From Paracoccus suum (GTDB lineage: Bacteria; Pseudomonadota; Alphaproteobacteria; Rhodobacterales; Rhodobacteraceae): DNA of 32,000 nucleotides. The notes beneath the pieces were generated by a model, which was not told where the DNA came from, searched no databases, and was given only the letters and a program-made list of their open reading frames with translations. Position numbers and translations under genes: made by a program. Location: positions 2,790,001-2,822,000 of the forward strand of contig NZ_CP030918.1 of the NCBI RefSeq assembly GCF_003324675.1, read 5' to 3'. Every line of letters begins with the position of its first letter. Within the stretch, counting starts at the first letter, position 1. Shown here one piece after another: positions 1-9,171 of the stretch.

Positions 1-372
1 CGCCGCCTGCGCCTTGCCGACGGCGTGACGGTCGGCATCGAGGACGCGTTTTATCCGCCCGAGATCGGGCTGGACCTGCAGCGGCGCGATCTGGGCAGAA
101 CCGCGATCTATCGCCTCTTCGAGGATGAGATGGGCTTTGTCATCGGTGAGGCGCGCCAGACCATCAGCGCCGTCGGCGCCGATGACGACTATGCCCGCCA
201 CTTGCAGGTAGGGCCCGGCGATCCGCTGATCTTTGTCGAGCGCCTGACCGCGGATGAGCACGGCCGTCCTCTGGAGCTGCTGCGCGCGCACTTCGTGCCC
301 CAACGATACCGTCTCTCGATCACGCTCTCGCGCCGCGCTGGACAGAGCACTTCCAACGGAAAGGACAAGTGA
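1..372 (+). CDS. GntR/HutC-family transcriptional regulator, C-terminal UTRA effector domain only (5' end outside window)
   Basis: Frame 1 is open from base 1 to TGA at 370-372. The tail (VGIEDAFYPPEIG...IYRLFEDEMGF...ARQTISAV...GDPLIFVERLTADEHGRPLELLRAHFVPQRYRL) matches the UTRA-domain pattern of HutC-type regulators as I remember it. The stop overlaps the next start (TGATG). Confidence 0.65.
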   Translation, partial: RRLRLADGVTVGIEDAFYPPEIGLDLQRRDLGRTAIYRLFEDEMGFVIGEARQTISAVGADDDYARHLQVGPGDPLIFVERLTADEHGRPLELLRAHFVPQRYRLSITLSRRAGQSTSNGKDK

Positions 373-1991
373 TGGCGCCCCAACGGCCTGACATCATCAT
401 CATCCTCAACGACGACATGGGTTTCTCTGACATCGGCTGCTACGGTGGCGAGGTCGAGACGCCGAACCTCGACCGTCTTGCGCGCGAGGGGCTGCGCTAT
501 TCCCAGTTCTACAATACCGCCCGCTGCTCGCCCTCGCGCGCCTCGCTGCTGACCGGACTGCATCCGCACCAGACTGGCATCGGCATCCTGACCTATGACA
601 CGGGACCCGAGGGTTATGCTGGCGATCTGAACCGGCAGTGCGTCACCATGGCTGAGGTGGTCAAGGGCGCTGGGTATCGCACGTACCTGTCGGGCAAATG
701 GCACGTCGCCAAGAACCTGACCGAGCCGACTGATTCCTGGCCGCTGCAACGCGGCTTTGACGAATTCTACGGCACGATCATCGGGGCCGGCAGCTTCTAC
801 TATCCGAACACGCTGACCCGCGGAAATGACAACGTCGAGCATGAGGCACGCGACAACCCCGACTTCTTCTACACCGACGCGATCAGCGATCAGGCGGCGG
901 CCTTTGTGCGCGACCACCATGCGCACACGCCCGACCAGCCGTTGTTCCAATATGTCGCCTACACCGCGCCTCACTGGCCGCTGCATGCACACCCCGAGGA
1001 TATCGCCAAGTATCGCGGCCGCTTTGACGCGGGCTGGGACCAGTTGCGCGAAGAGCGGCTGGAACGCCTCGTGCGTAGCGGGATCATCGACGCCTCCTGG
1101 CAACTGACCGACCGCGATCCGACCCAGCCGCCATGGCAGGACGCCGAGGAAAAGGCCTGGCTGCTGCGCTGCATGGAGGTTTATGCCGCCCAGATAGACC
1201 GCATGGACCAGGGCATCGGCCGCATCCTCGCCGCCCTGGAGGAGACCGGTCGGCTGGAGAATACGCTGGTGCTGTTTCTCGCCGACAACGGTGCCTGCGC
1301 CGAGGATATCCCCGAGGGGGTCGATCTGAGTTCGCTGGTGGACGATCTGATGATCGCCCGCGGCGAGACCCGGGACGGTCGCCCGGTGCGGCTGGGCAAC
1401 GATCCCTCGATCATGCCCGGCCCCGAGGACACCTATCAAAGCTATGGCGTCGCCTGGGCAAACATGTCGAACACCCCCTTTCGCCTCTACAAGCACTGGG
1501 TCCACGAGGGGGGGATCGCGACCCCTCTGATCGCGCATTGGCCCAAGGTCATCACCGATCGCGGCGGCTTGCGCCATGGCGCCGGGCAGTTGCCGGACCT
1601 GATGGCGACCGTGGTCGAGGTCAGCGGCGCGACCTATCCCAGCGAGTTCGCGGGCAACGCTATCCTGCCCCTCGAAGGCAGCAGCCTGGTCCCCAGCTTC
1701 GAGGCCGAGACCCCGCGCGAGGCCCCGCTGTTCTGGGAGCACGAAGGCAATGCCGCGGTCCGCATCGGCAAATGGAAGCTCGTGCGCCGCTTTCCCGGCC
1801 CGTGGGAGTTGTATGACATGGAGGCCGACCGGACCGAGATGCACGACCTTGCAGCCACGCATCCGGACATGGTGGCGGAAATGCGGGCCAGCTACGATGC
1901 GTGGGCCGAGCGCTGCGGCGTCATCCCGCGCGAAGTTATCCTCGAGTCCATGAAGAAGCTGGAAGGCACGGCCTTCTGGGAAAAGGACTGA
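372..1991 (+). CDS. atsA: Cys-type arylsulfatase (formylglycine-dependent sulfatase family), no signal peptide
   Basis: Long ORF (track 369..1991; ATG at 372 preferred, GTG at 369 possible). Has N-terminal IIIILNDDMGFSDIGCYGG and the sulfatase signature C-S-P-S-R in NTARCSPSRASLLTG. YTAPHWPLHAHPEDIAKYRGRFDAGWDQLREERLERL closely parallels Pseudomonas AtsA as I recall it. The N-terminus MAPQRPD has no hydrophobic leader. Confidence 0.88.
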   Translation: MAPQRPDIIIILNDDMGFSDIGCYGGEVETPNLDRLAREGLRYSQFYNTARCSPSRASLLTGLHPHQTGIGILTYDTGPEGYAGDLNRQCVTMAEVVKGAGYRTYLSGKWHVAKNLTEPTDSWPLQRGFDEFYGTIIGAGSFYYPNTLTRGNDNVEHEARDNPDFFYTDAISDQAAAFVRDHHAHTPDQPLFQYVAYTAPHWPLHAHPEDIAKYRGRFDAGWDQLREERLERLVRSGIIDASWQLTDRDPTQPPWQDAEEKAWLLRCMEVYAAQIDRMDQGIGRILAALEETGRLENTLVLFLADNGACAEDIPEGVDLSSLVDDLMIARGETRDGRPVRLGNDPSIMPGPEDTYQSYGVAWANMSNTPFRLYKHWVHEGGIATPLIAHWPKVITDRGGLRHGAGQLPDLMATVVEVSGATYPSEFAGNAILPLEGSSLVPSFEAETPREAPLFWEHEGNAAVRIGKWKLVRRFPGPWELYDMEADRTEMHDLAATHPDMVAEMRASYDAWAERCGVIPREVILESMKKLEGTAFWEKD

Positions 1992-2013
1992 CCGGGGAGG
2001 GTCCGTTCCCCGG
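1992..2013 (+). terminator. Possible stem-loop terminator after the sulfatase gene
   Basis: CCGGGGA (1992-1998) pairs with TCCCCGG (2007-2013) around an 8-nt loop, directly after the stop. The downstream T-tract is weak (tacttagctttc). Confidence 0.35.
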
Positions 2014-2084
2014 TACTTAGCTTTCGCCAAGTCAGCCTATCCCAAGGTTCGGCTCTGCGCCGAGGCGTGTTTTCTCGCTCGCTC

Positions 2085-3521
2085 TCAGTCCGTCAGCATC
2101 GCCCCTTCGCTCGGCGCTGACGGACGCATGTCGACCGAAACCTCCATCGGCACTCGGCGGCCATGGCCCGGCACTCCGGCCAAGGACCCGTCCCGGATCA
2201 CGCACTGACCGCGCGACAGGACTGTCACCGGCGCCCCAACGACCTTGCGCCCTTCCCAGGGGTTGTAGCCGGTGTTGTCATGCAGATCATCGGCTCCATA
2301 GATGATCTCTCGCGCCGGGTCCCAGATTGCAATGTCCGCATCGAAGCCCGGCGCGATTCGACCCTTGCCGGTCAGGCCAAAGATCTCGGCCGGTCGGCTC
2401 GCTGTAAGGGTAACAAAGGCCGCAAGGTCCAATTGTCCCCGCGTGACCATCGCGTCGAACATCAGCGGCAGGCGCGTCTCCAGCCCGGGCATGCCGTTCG
2501 CGATGCGCGGAAACGGCGCATCGGGACCGGCAGCGAACTTGCCGCTCGCGTCCAGCCGGTATGGCGCATGATCGGAGGTCAAGGCAGTGATATCGCCCAG
2601 CCGCAGCGCCTGCCAGAGGGCCTTGCGATCCGCCGCGCCACGCTGTGGCGGGCTGCAGATCCGCGCCGCGGCGTGGCGCGCGTCGCCCTCCACCTCCGAC
2701 ACGTCCATCAGCAGGTAATGCGGACAGGTTTCCGCAATCACAGGTGCCCCGCGGCCCCGCGCGGCGCGCACGATCGCGGCCCCCTCGGCCGTCGAGACGT
2801 GAAACAGCATGATCGGCTGGCCCGTGAACTCGGCCAGCACGGCCATGCGCGATAGAGCCTCGATCTCGGCCGCGGCGGGATGCGAGGCTGGATGAAAGCG
2901 CGGCGCATCCCGCCCGGAGGCCTGAAGACGGCGCGACGCCCAGCGCAAGATGCCGTCATTTTCTGCATGCACACAAAGGATGCCGCCGCAGTCGCGCGCG
3001 ACCATCAGCAGGTCCAATACCTGCTCGTCATCCATGCGCACCTTGGGATAGGTCGTGAAAACCTTGATCGAGCGGTGCCCCTTCCCCATCAGCAGCGGCA
3101 GGTCCTCGGTCAGCGCCGGACCCGAGGTGTCGGCGACGATCAGGTGGAACGCGTGGTCGATCAGCGCCCCGCGCGCGGCGAGGGCCTCGTAGTCGGCGAC
3201 GACCTCGGTCAGGCGCTGTCCGGCATGCTGCGCGGCAAAGCTTACCACCGTGGTCGTGCCGCCAAATGCGGCTGAGCGCGTCGCACTCTCCCAGGTGTCG
3301 GCGTTCAGGATGCCGGCGCCGGACACCTGCTCGATATGGCAATGCGAGTCGACGCCGCCCGGCAGCACCAAGTGGCCCTGCGCCGCGATCGTCTCGCGCG
3401 CCGCCCCGAGATCGCGCCCGATGGCAGCGATCCGTCCATCGGCAATGGCCACGTCAGCCCCGACCAGAGCGCCTCCGTTGAACACGCGCCCGCCGGCGAT
3501 CAGGGTATCGAACATTGTCAC
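2085..3521 (-). CDS. Cyclic amidohydrolase of the dihydropyrimidinase / D-hydantoinase family
   Basis: 478-aa ORF. Metal-binding HxH in GGVDSHCHIEQ, candidate carbamylated Lys in RSIKVFTTY, then VHAEN and TSDHAP motifs. The length is typical of hydantoinases/dihydropyrimidinases. Confidence 0.85.
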   Translation of the reverse strand: MTMFDTLIAGGRVFNGGALVGADVAIADGRIAAIGRDLGAARETIAAQGHLVLPGGVDSHCHIEQVSGAGILNADTWESATRSAAFGGTTTVVSFAAQHAGQRLTEVVADYEALAARGALIDHAFHLIVADTSGPALTEDLPLLMGKGHRSIKVFTTYPKVRMDDEQVLDLLMVARDCGGILCVHAENDGILRWASRRLQASGRDAPRFHPASHPAAAEIEALSRMAVLAEFTGQPIMLFHVSTAEGAAIVRAARGRGAPVIAETCPHYLLMDVSEVEGDARHAAARICSPPQRGAADRKALWQALRLGDITALTSDHAPYRLDASGKFAAGPDAPFPRIANGMPGLETRLPLMFDAMVTRGQLDLAAFVTLTASRPAEIFGLTGKGRIAPGFDADIAIWDPAREIIYGADDLHDNTGYNPWEGRKVVGAPVTVLSRGQCVIRDGSLAGVPGHGRRVPMEVSVDMRPSAPSEGAMLTD

Positions 3522-3594
3522 GCCGCCTCGTCATCCGGTATACATTGCGACAGTAGCGCCGGGACTTTGGCCGATGCAAGCGCGCGGAGAGTTC

Positions 3595-4245
3595 ATGACT
3601 CAGATCGAAACGACGCCTCGCCCCCTGACCGAGGTCACCCGAGACCGGCTGCGTGAGATGATCCTGTCGGGGGAAATCAGCGCCGGCGCCCGGTTGGCGG
3701 AATCGCACCTCGCCAAAGCCCTTGGCGTGTCGCGCACCCCGGTGCGCGAGGCCATCTCACAGCTTGAGGCCGAGGGACTGGTGGGGCGCCACGCGGGCGT
3801 TCCGCAGGTCTCGCGCCTGACCGTAGACGACGTGATGGACATCTTGCACGTCCGCCTACTGCTTGAGACCGACGCCGCCCGCCGCGCCGCAACCGTGGCC
3901 CCGAAGACCAGCATATTCCTTGATCTTCGCCAGAGGTTTCGAGAGTTCCTGGCAGGTGCTCCGCCCTCGCCCGCCGCGCATTTCGAGGCTGACCAGGACC
4001 TGCATACCGCCGTGGTAGAGGCCGCCGGTTCGCCTTTGGTCCTCGACATCGTGACCGGCCTTAAAAGCCGAACACGGATGTTCGGTCAGCGCTCGATCCC
4101 CGAAAGATTCGAGGCGGGCTGTCGCGAGCATCTGGCCATCGTGGATGCTATTCTGGACCGTGATCCAGTCGCTGCCGGCGAGGCCATGCAGTCGCATATC
4201 AACAACGCCCGCGGCGCCATTCTGGACCACCTCGCCCGGCGCTGA
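3595..4245 (+). CDS. GntR-family regulator, FadR subfamily (N-terminal wHTH + FCD-like all-helical C-domain)
   Basis: The ORF runs 3250..4245, but its first 115 codons overlap the hydantoinase gene on the other strand. ATG at 3595 follows GGAGAG (3585-3590). wHTH signature LAESHLAKALGVSRTPVREAISQLEAEGLV. ATG at 3574 is an alternative start. Confidence 0.85.
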   Translation: MTQIETTPRPLTEVTRDRLREMILSGEISAGARLAESHLAKALGVSRTPVREAISQLEAEGLVGRHAGVPQVSRLTVDDVMDILHVRLLLETDAARRAATVAPKTSIFLDLRQRFREFLAGAPPSPAAHFEADQDLHTAVVEAAGSPLVLDIVTGLKSRTRMFGQRSIPERFEAGCREHLAIVDAILDRDPVAAGEAMQSHINNARGAILDHLARR

Positions 4246-4304
4246 CGCCGCTTGACATAGAATACACCCTGTATACTGTCCCCTTGTCCGAGGGGAGAAG
4301 TTGT

Positions 4305-4700
4305 ATGTCGCAAGCCGAGCGTCCCGCGCCGCCTTTGCTGGGGATCACCTTCCTTTACTATCGTGATCTTGCCGCGGCCGCGCGCTTTTACGAGGACGTG
4401 GTCGGCCTGCCGCTCGCCATCGACCAAGGCTGGTCGCGGATCTATCGTATCGCCGACGGCGCCCATGTCGGACTGGTGGACGAGGCGCGCGGCATGCACC
4501 GCGCGGCGGACGTCAAGCCGGTGCAGCTTTGTCTGCGCGTGCCCGACGTTGACGCGTGGCACGCCTGGGCCGACGCCCACCACGTTCCGGGCCTGAGCCC
4601 CGTGTCCCAGAGCGAAGCCCTGGGCATCCGCGCATTCGTGATGAACGACCCCGAAGGTTACCAGATCGAGGTCCAGACCGCGACCCGTCCGGGCGCGTGA
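4305..4700 (+). CDS. VOC / glyoxalase-bleomycin-resistance-dioxygenase superfamily protein
   Basis: ATG at 4305 lies 7 nt after GGGGAG (4292-4297). The translation (ITFLYYRDLAAAARFYEDVVGL...GAHVGLV...IRAFVMNDPEGYQIEV) has the beta-alpha-beta-beta-beta VOC pattern. Confidence 0.7.
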   Translation: MSQAERPAPPLLGITFLYYRDLAAAARFYEDVVGLPLAIDQGWSRIYRIADGAHVGLVDEARGMHRAADVKPVQLCLRVPDVDAWHAWADAHHVPGLSPVSQSEALGIRAFVMNDPEGYQIEVQTATRPGA

Positions 4701-4744
4701 CAACAGAGCCGGGCACAGACCCGGCCGCCAAGGGAGGACGACCA

Positions 4745-6298
4745 ATGACCAGAATGCTACCGCTGTGGCGTGCCGGAATGCTGGCACTGGGCGTCAGCGC
4801 CCTTGCCGTCGGGGCCGCTTGCGCCAAGGAGCTAACGATCGGCATGACCTCGGACGCGAGCGTCGTCGACCCTCAGGCCGGCGAGGAACTGAACAGCACC
4901 ATCCTGTTCTACCACATCTACGACCCTCTCGTCCGCCGGACCGCCGATCTGAAGTTCGTGCCCGGCCTAGCCGAGAGCTGGGAGATCGTGGATCCCACCA
5001 CCTGGCGCTTCAAGCTGCGGCCCGGGGTCAAGTTTCACAACGGCGAAGACTTCAAGGCGTCGGATGTGGTGTTCACCTTCAACCGCCTGAAGGACACCAA
5101 CATGGCCGAGCTGGGGGCGAACGTCGCCAGCGTCATGGCCGTTGACGACCACACGGTCGAGATCAAGACCCCCTCGCCCTTTGCCACACTGCCCAACAAG
5201 CTGGCCGAGATCCTGATCCTCAGTGAAAAGAACGCGGGCGCCGGCCCCGACGCCGAGACGGCCTCGCCCCTGGGCACCGGGCCCTACAAGCTGGAGGACT
5301 GGGCCAAAGAGGATCACATCACCCTCGAAGCCTTCCCCGAGTACTGGGGCGGCAAGCCCAAGATCGACACCGTCACCCTGCGGCCGATCACCAACCCGGC
5401 CACCCGCACCGCGGCGCTTCTGACGGGCGAGCTGGACCTCGTGATCGACCTGCCGGTCCGCGACGTTGATCGGGTCAAGGGCGAGAACGGCTTCAGCGTG
5501 GTCGAGGTGCCCAGCCTCAACAACATGGTGCTGGCGCTCGATTTTCGTGACAAGTCGCCCACCATCCCGCTCGAGACGAACCCGCTGAAGGACCAGCGTG
5601 TCCGCGCTGCCATGGCCCAGGCGATCGACATCGAGACGATCCGCAAGGTCATCATGAACGGATTCTCGACCCCGTCGGACCAATTCGTCCCCGAGGGGTC
5701 GGTCGGCTACCTGCCCGATGCCGACTTCCACAAGATGTACCCGTACGATCCGGAAAAGGCCAAGGCGCTGCTGGCGGAAGCGGGCGTCGGCGACGGGTTC
5801 GAAATCACGCTCGACGCGACCAACAACCGCTATGTCAACGATGCGCAGATCGCGCAGGCCATGGCCTCGATGCTGGGCAAGGTCGGGATCAAGGTGAACC
5901 TCAACCTGATGCCCAAATCGAACTTCTGGGGCTACATCCGCAACCCGTCAGAGAAATCGAGCTTCATCATGTCCGGCTGGAACGTGCCTTCGGCCGACGC
6001 CGGCGCGATGTACCAAACGCTCTATTACTCGCGCGACAACGACAAGGGTTACGGCCAGGTCAATCGCGGCAGCTACTCCAACCCGGAACTCGACAAGCTC
6101 GTCGACGCGGCCAACGCGACCGCCGACGTGGCCGAGCGTGACCGCATCCTGAAGGACGCGACCGCGCTGCTGCTCAAGGACATACCGATGATCCCGCTGC
6201 ATTACGAGCAGGACATCTACGGGGTGCGCGACGGCGTCACATTCGAGCCGCGGCGGGACAAGTATGTCTGGGCCTTCGAAATGGACGTAGCCGAGTGA
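4745..6298 (+). CDS. ABC transporter substrate-binding protein, family 5 (peptide/nickel/opine type), secreted
   Basis: ATG at 4745 after GGGAGG. Clear signal peptide MTRMLPLWRAGMLALGVSALAVGAACA. Family-5 core motifs: IYDPLVRRTADLKFVPGLAESWEIVDPTTWRFKLRPGVKFHNGEDF. Confidence 0.9.
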   Translation: MTRMLPLWRAGMLALGVSALAVGAACAKELTIGMTSDASVVDPQAGEELNSTILFYHIYDPLVRRTADLKFVPGLAESWEIVDPTTWRFKLRPGVKFHNGEDFKASDVVFTFNRLKDTNMAELGANVASVMAVDDHTVEIKTPSPFATLPNKLAEILILSEKNAGAGPDAETASPLGTGPYKLEDWAKEDHITLEAFPEYWGGKPKIDTVTLRPITNPATRTAALLTGELDLVIDLPVRDVDRVKGENGFSVVEVPSLNNMVLALDFRDKSPTIPLETNPLKDQRVRAAMAQAIDIETIRKVIMNGFSTPSDQFVPEGSVGYLPDADFHKMYPYDPEKAKALLAEAGVGDGFEITLDATNNRYVNDAQIAQAMASMLGKVGIKVNLNLMPKSNFWGYIRNPSEKSSFIMSGWNVPSADAGAMYQTLYYSRDNDKGYGQVNRGSYSNPELDKLVDAANATADVAERDRILKDATALLLKDIPMIPLHYEQDIYGVRDGVTFEPRRDKYVWAFEMDVAE

Positions 6299-6347
6299 CG
6301 CAACCCGCGTCCCCAGGCTACCTGGCAACCTCCGACCGGACACGCGC

Positions 6348-7313
6348 ATGCTCGCCTATCTGATCCGCCGCCTCGTCCAGACGGTTCTGGTCCTGCTCGC
6401 CGTGACGCTCATCGTCTTTCTGATGATGAGCTTCACCGGCGATCCCGTGTTCATGCTGGTACCGATCGACAGCCAGCCCGAGGTCGTGGCCGCAGCGCGC
6501 GCGCGCCTCGGCCTCGACCAGCCGCTGCCGGTGCAATATCTGCGCTTTCTCGGCAACCTGCTGTCAGGCGACTTCGGCGTCTCCTACGTCTTTCGCCAAC
6601 CGGCCCTGTCCCTGATTCTCGAGCGATTGCCAGCGACGCTAGAGATCGTGTTCGTCGCGATTGTCGTAGCCCTGCTGGTCGCGATCCCGCTGGGTGTGCA
6701 CGCCGGTGCCCGGCCCCAGGCGGCATCGTCCCGCACCGTCATGACCGGCTCGTTGCTCGGCATCTCGCTTCCCGGCTTCTGGGTGGGAATGATGCTGATC
6801 CTGGTCTTTGCGGTCCAGTTGCGGTGGCTGCCCTCTTCCGGGCGTGGCGACACGGTGGACGTCTTCGGCGTGCCGATCTCGATCGCGACGCGCGACGGGC
6901 TGGCGCATGTCATCCTGCCCGCAGTCACGCTGTCGCTGTCCACGACGGCGATCCTATTGCGCATGACCCGCGCAGGCATGCAGGAGGTCATGCGCCAGGA
7001 TTTCATGCGTTTTGCGCGTGCCAAGGGGGTCTCCCGCCAAGGCGTGATCTGGCGTCACGGCTTGCGCAATGCGCTGTCGCCCGTGGTCACGATCTTTGGC
7101 CTGCAGGTCGGCGATCTGATCGCCTTTGCCACCATCACCGAGACGATCTTTTCCTGGCCGGGCATCGGCAAGCTGCTGATCGACAGCATCGCAAGGGCCG
7201 ACCGCCCGGTGATCGTCGTCTACCTGATGCTGGTCGCCACGATGTTCGTCCTGATCAATTTCGTGGTCGACATGCTGTACCCCATCCTCGATCCGCGGAT
7301 CCGCGCCACATGA
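6348..7313 (+). CDS. ABC transporter permease (DppB/OppB type)
   Basis: 321-aa polytopic ORF starting MLAYLIRRLVQTVLVLLAVTLIVF (typical DppB start). EAA-like loop MRFARAKGVSRQGVIWRHGLRNAL. Confidence 0.9.
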   Translation: MLAYLIRRLVQTVLVLLAVTLIVFLMMSFTGDPVFMLVPIDSQPEVVAAARARLGLDQPLPVQYLRFLGNLLSGDFGVSYVFRQPALSLILERLPATLEIVFVAIVVALLVAIPLGVHAGARPQAASSRTVMTGSLLGISLPGFWVGMMLILVFAVQLRWLPSSGRGDTVDVFGVPISIATRDGLAHVILPAVTLSLSTTAILLRMTRAGMQEVMRQDFMRFARAKGVSRQGVIWRHGLRNALSPVVTIFGLQVGDLIAFATITETIFSWPGIGKLLIDSIARADRPVIVVYLMLVATMFVLINFVVDMLYPILDPRIRAT

Positions 7314-8191
7314 CCATCGCCGAGCCGACGCGCGGAACCGATTTGTTCCGCGACATCCTTCGCAATCCGCCCGCGCTGCTGGGGGCGGTGCTGGCGCTGT
7401 TCTCGGTATTCGTGGTGCTGTTCGGACCGACCATCGCGTCGCAGAACCCCTATGACATCCTGACGCTCGACCTGCTGGACGCCTACAAGCCGCCGATCGG
7501 CTGGACTGGTTCTGACCCGCGCTTCCCCCTGGGCACGGACGGACAGGGCCGGGACGTGCTCTCCTCGATCTTCTACGGGGCGCGAAGCTCGGCCTTTATC
7601 GCCGTTGGCGCGACCCTCGCGGCAATGACCATCGGCACCGCCATCGGCATCGCCGCAGGGTGGTTCGGCGGCTGGCTGGATGCGGTCGTGATGCGGATCG
7701 CCGATGTGCAACTCAGCTTTCCGTCCATGCTGATCGCGCTGTTCCTGATGAGCGCCGTCGGCAACGGCGCCGACAAGGTCATGGTTTCGCTGACCGCAGT
7801 CGGCTGGGTCGTCTACGCCCGCACGGTGCGCGGCGCAACGCTGAGCGAGGCGCGGCGCGATTACGTTGCGGCGGCGCGGGTGGCGGGCCTGCCCGACTTC
7901 GCGATCCTGCGTCAGCACATCCTGCCCAACGTTCTGACGCCAGTAATCGTCCTCGCCACGATCCAGGTGGGCACGTTCATCCTGATCGAGGCATCACTCA
8001 GCTTCCTCGGCGTGGGCGTGCCGATCACCGAGCCATCCCTCGGCCTGCTGATCAAGAATGGCTTTGACGTCCTCTTCTCCGGTCTGTGGTGGGTTAGCGT
8101 CTTTCCCGGCCTGATGATCATGGCAATGGTGTTCGGCATCAACCTGCTGGGCGATTTCCTGCGCGACGCGCTGAACCCGAGGCTCCGGTGA
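7310..8191 (+). CDS. ABC transporter permease (DppC/OppC type)
   Basis: ATG at 7310 overlaps the preceding TGA (ATGA). PLGTDGQGRDVLSSIFYGAR is the DppC-type signature. Multiple hydrophobic spans. Confidence 0.9.
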   Translation: MTIAEPTRGTDLFRDILRNPPALLGAVLALFSVFVVLFGPTIASQNPYDILTLDLLDAYKPPIGWTGSDPRFPLGTDGQGRDVLSSIFYGARSSAFIAVGATLAAMTIGTAIGIAAGWFGGWLDAVVMRIADVQLSFPSMLIALFLMSAVGNGADKVMVSLTAVGWVVYARTVRGATLSEARRDYVAAARVAGLPDFAILRQHILPNVLTPVIVLATIQVGTFILIEASLSFLGVGVPITEPSLGLLIKNGFDVLFSGLWWVSVFPGLMIMAMVFGINLLGDFLRDALNPRLR

Positions 8192-9171
8192 GCGCGCCCC
8201 TCCTCAGCCTGCGCGATCTGCGCACGACCTTTCACACCGCGGCCGGCGCTGTGCCGGCGGTGGCGGGCGTCAGTTTCGACGTGGCCCAAGGCGAGATCAT
8301 GGGCCTGGTTGGTGAAAGTGGCGGCGGCAAGTCTGTGGTCGGCTACTCGATCCTCGGCCTGATCGATCCGCCCGGCGCCATCGAGGGCGGCCAGGTCCTG
8401 TTCGACGGGCGCGACCTGACCCGGCTGTCCGAGCGTGAGATGCGCAGGGTGCGTGGCCGCCAGATTGCCATGGTGTTTCAGGACCCCATGACCTCACTGA
8501 ATCCGGTGCAGACTGTCGGCGCCCAGATGGACGAGATGCTGCGCCTGCACACGGACCTGACCGTACGCGAGCGGCGGGCACGGGCAGTCGCCATGCTGGA
8601 GAGCGTCGGCATCTCGCGCGCCGAGGAGCGCCTGGCGGCCTATCCGCACGAGTTTTCCGGCGGGATGCGTCAACGCGTGGTCATCGCCATCGCCCTGCTG
8701 GCAGGACCCCGGCTGATCATCGCGGACGAGCCGACGACGGCGCTGGACGTGACCATCCAGGCCCAGATCCTGGAACTGATGCGCAGACAAGTGCGCGATC
8801 AGGGCGCCTCGCTGATCCTGATCACCCACGATCTGGCGGTCGTCGCCGAGACGGCGGACAGCGTCTCGGTCCTCTATGCCGGACGCGTGGTCGAGTCCGG
8901 CCCCGCCCGGGCCGTGATCGATGCGCCTGCACATCCCTACACCCGCGGCCTCGTCGATTCGATTCCCGACCCCGCAAACCCCCAGACGCGCCTGCGCCAG
9001 ATCCGCGGCACGGTGCCCGATCTGCGCGCGCTGCCAACGGGTTGCGCCTTTGCCGGACGCTGCCCTCGCGTTGCAGAACGCTGCCTGACCGAGCGCCCAC
9101 CTCTTGCGCCTGTCCGCAGCGCGCAGTCGGCTGCCTGCCATTTCCCCCTTTCTCCCGGAGAGGCGACATGA
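8188..9171 (+). CDS. ABC transporter ATP-binding protein (DppD/OppD type)
   Basis: GTG at 8188 overlaps the preceding stop (GTGA). Walker A GESGGGKS, signature FSGGMRQRV, Walker [13 protein letters not shown]. Has the C-terminal oligopeptide-type extension with Cys residues. Confidence 0.9.
   Translation: MSAPLLSLRDLRTTFHTAAGAVPAVAGVSFDVAQGEIMGLVGESGGGKSVVGYSILGLIDPPGAIEGGQVLFDGRDLTRLSEREMRRVRGRQIAMVFQDPMTSLNPVQTVGAQMDEMLRLHTDLTVRERRARAVAMLESVGISRAEERLAAYPHEFSGGMRQRVVIAIALLAGPRLIIADEPTTALDVTIQAQILELMRRQVRDQGASLILITHDLAVVAETADSVSVLYAGRVVESGPARAVIDAPAHPYTRGLVDSIPDPANPQTRLRQIRGTVPDLRALPTGCAFAGRCPRVAERCLTERPPLAPVRSAQSAACHFPLSPGEAT

Noticed and set aside
189-2030. 613-aa ORF antisense to the arylsulfatase gene
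   Set aside because: Typical GC-rich shadow ORF: Arg/Gly/Ala/Pro-rich, no recognisable motif, and fully overlapped by a gene with unmistakable sulfatase signatures on the other strand.
3250-3594. Long 5' extension of the GntR ORF
   Set aside because: It overlaps the hydantoinase coding region on the opposite strand and has no GntR-like sequence. The wHTH begins shortly after the ATG at 3595, which has a GGAGAG Shine-Dalgarno.
4252-4277. TTGACA ... TATACT as a sigma-70 promoter for the VOC/ABC operon
   Set aside because: Both hexamers look good, but the spacer is only 14 nt, outside the usual 16-18 nt range. I kept the embedded palindrome as a possible operator and did not call a promoter.
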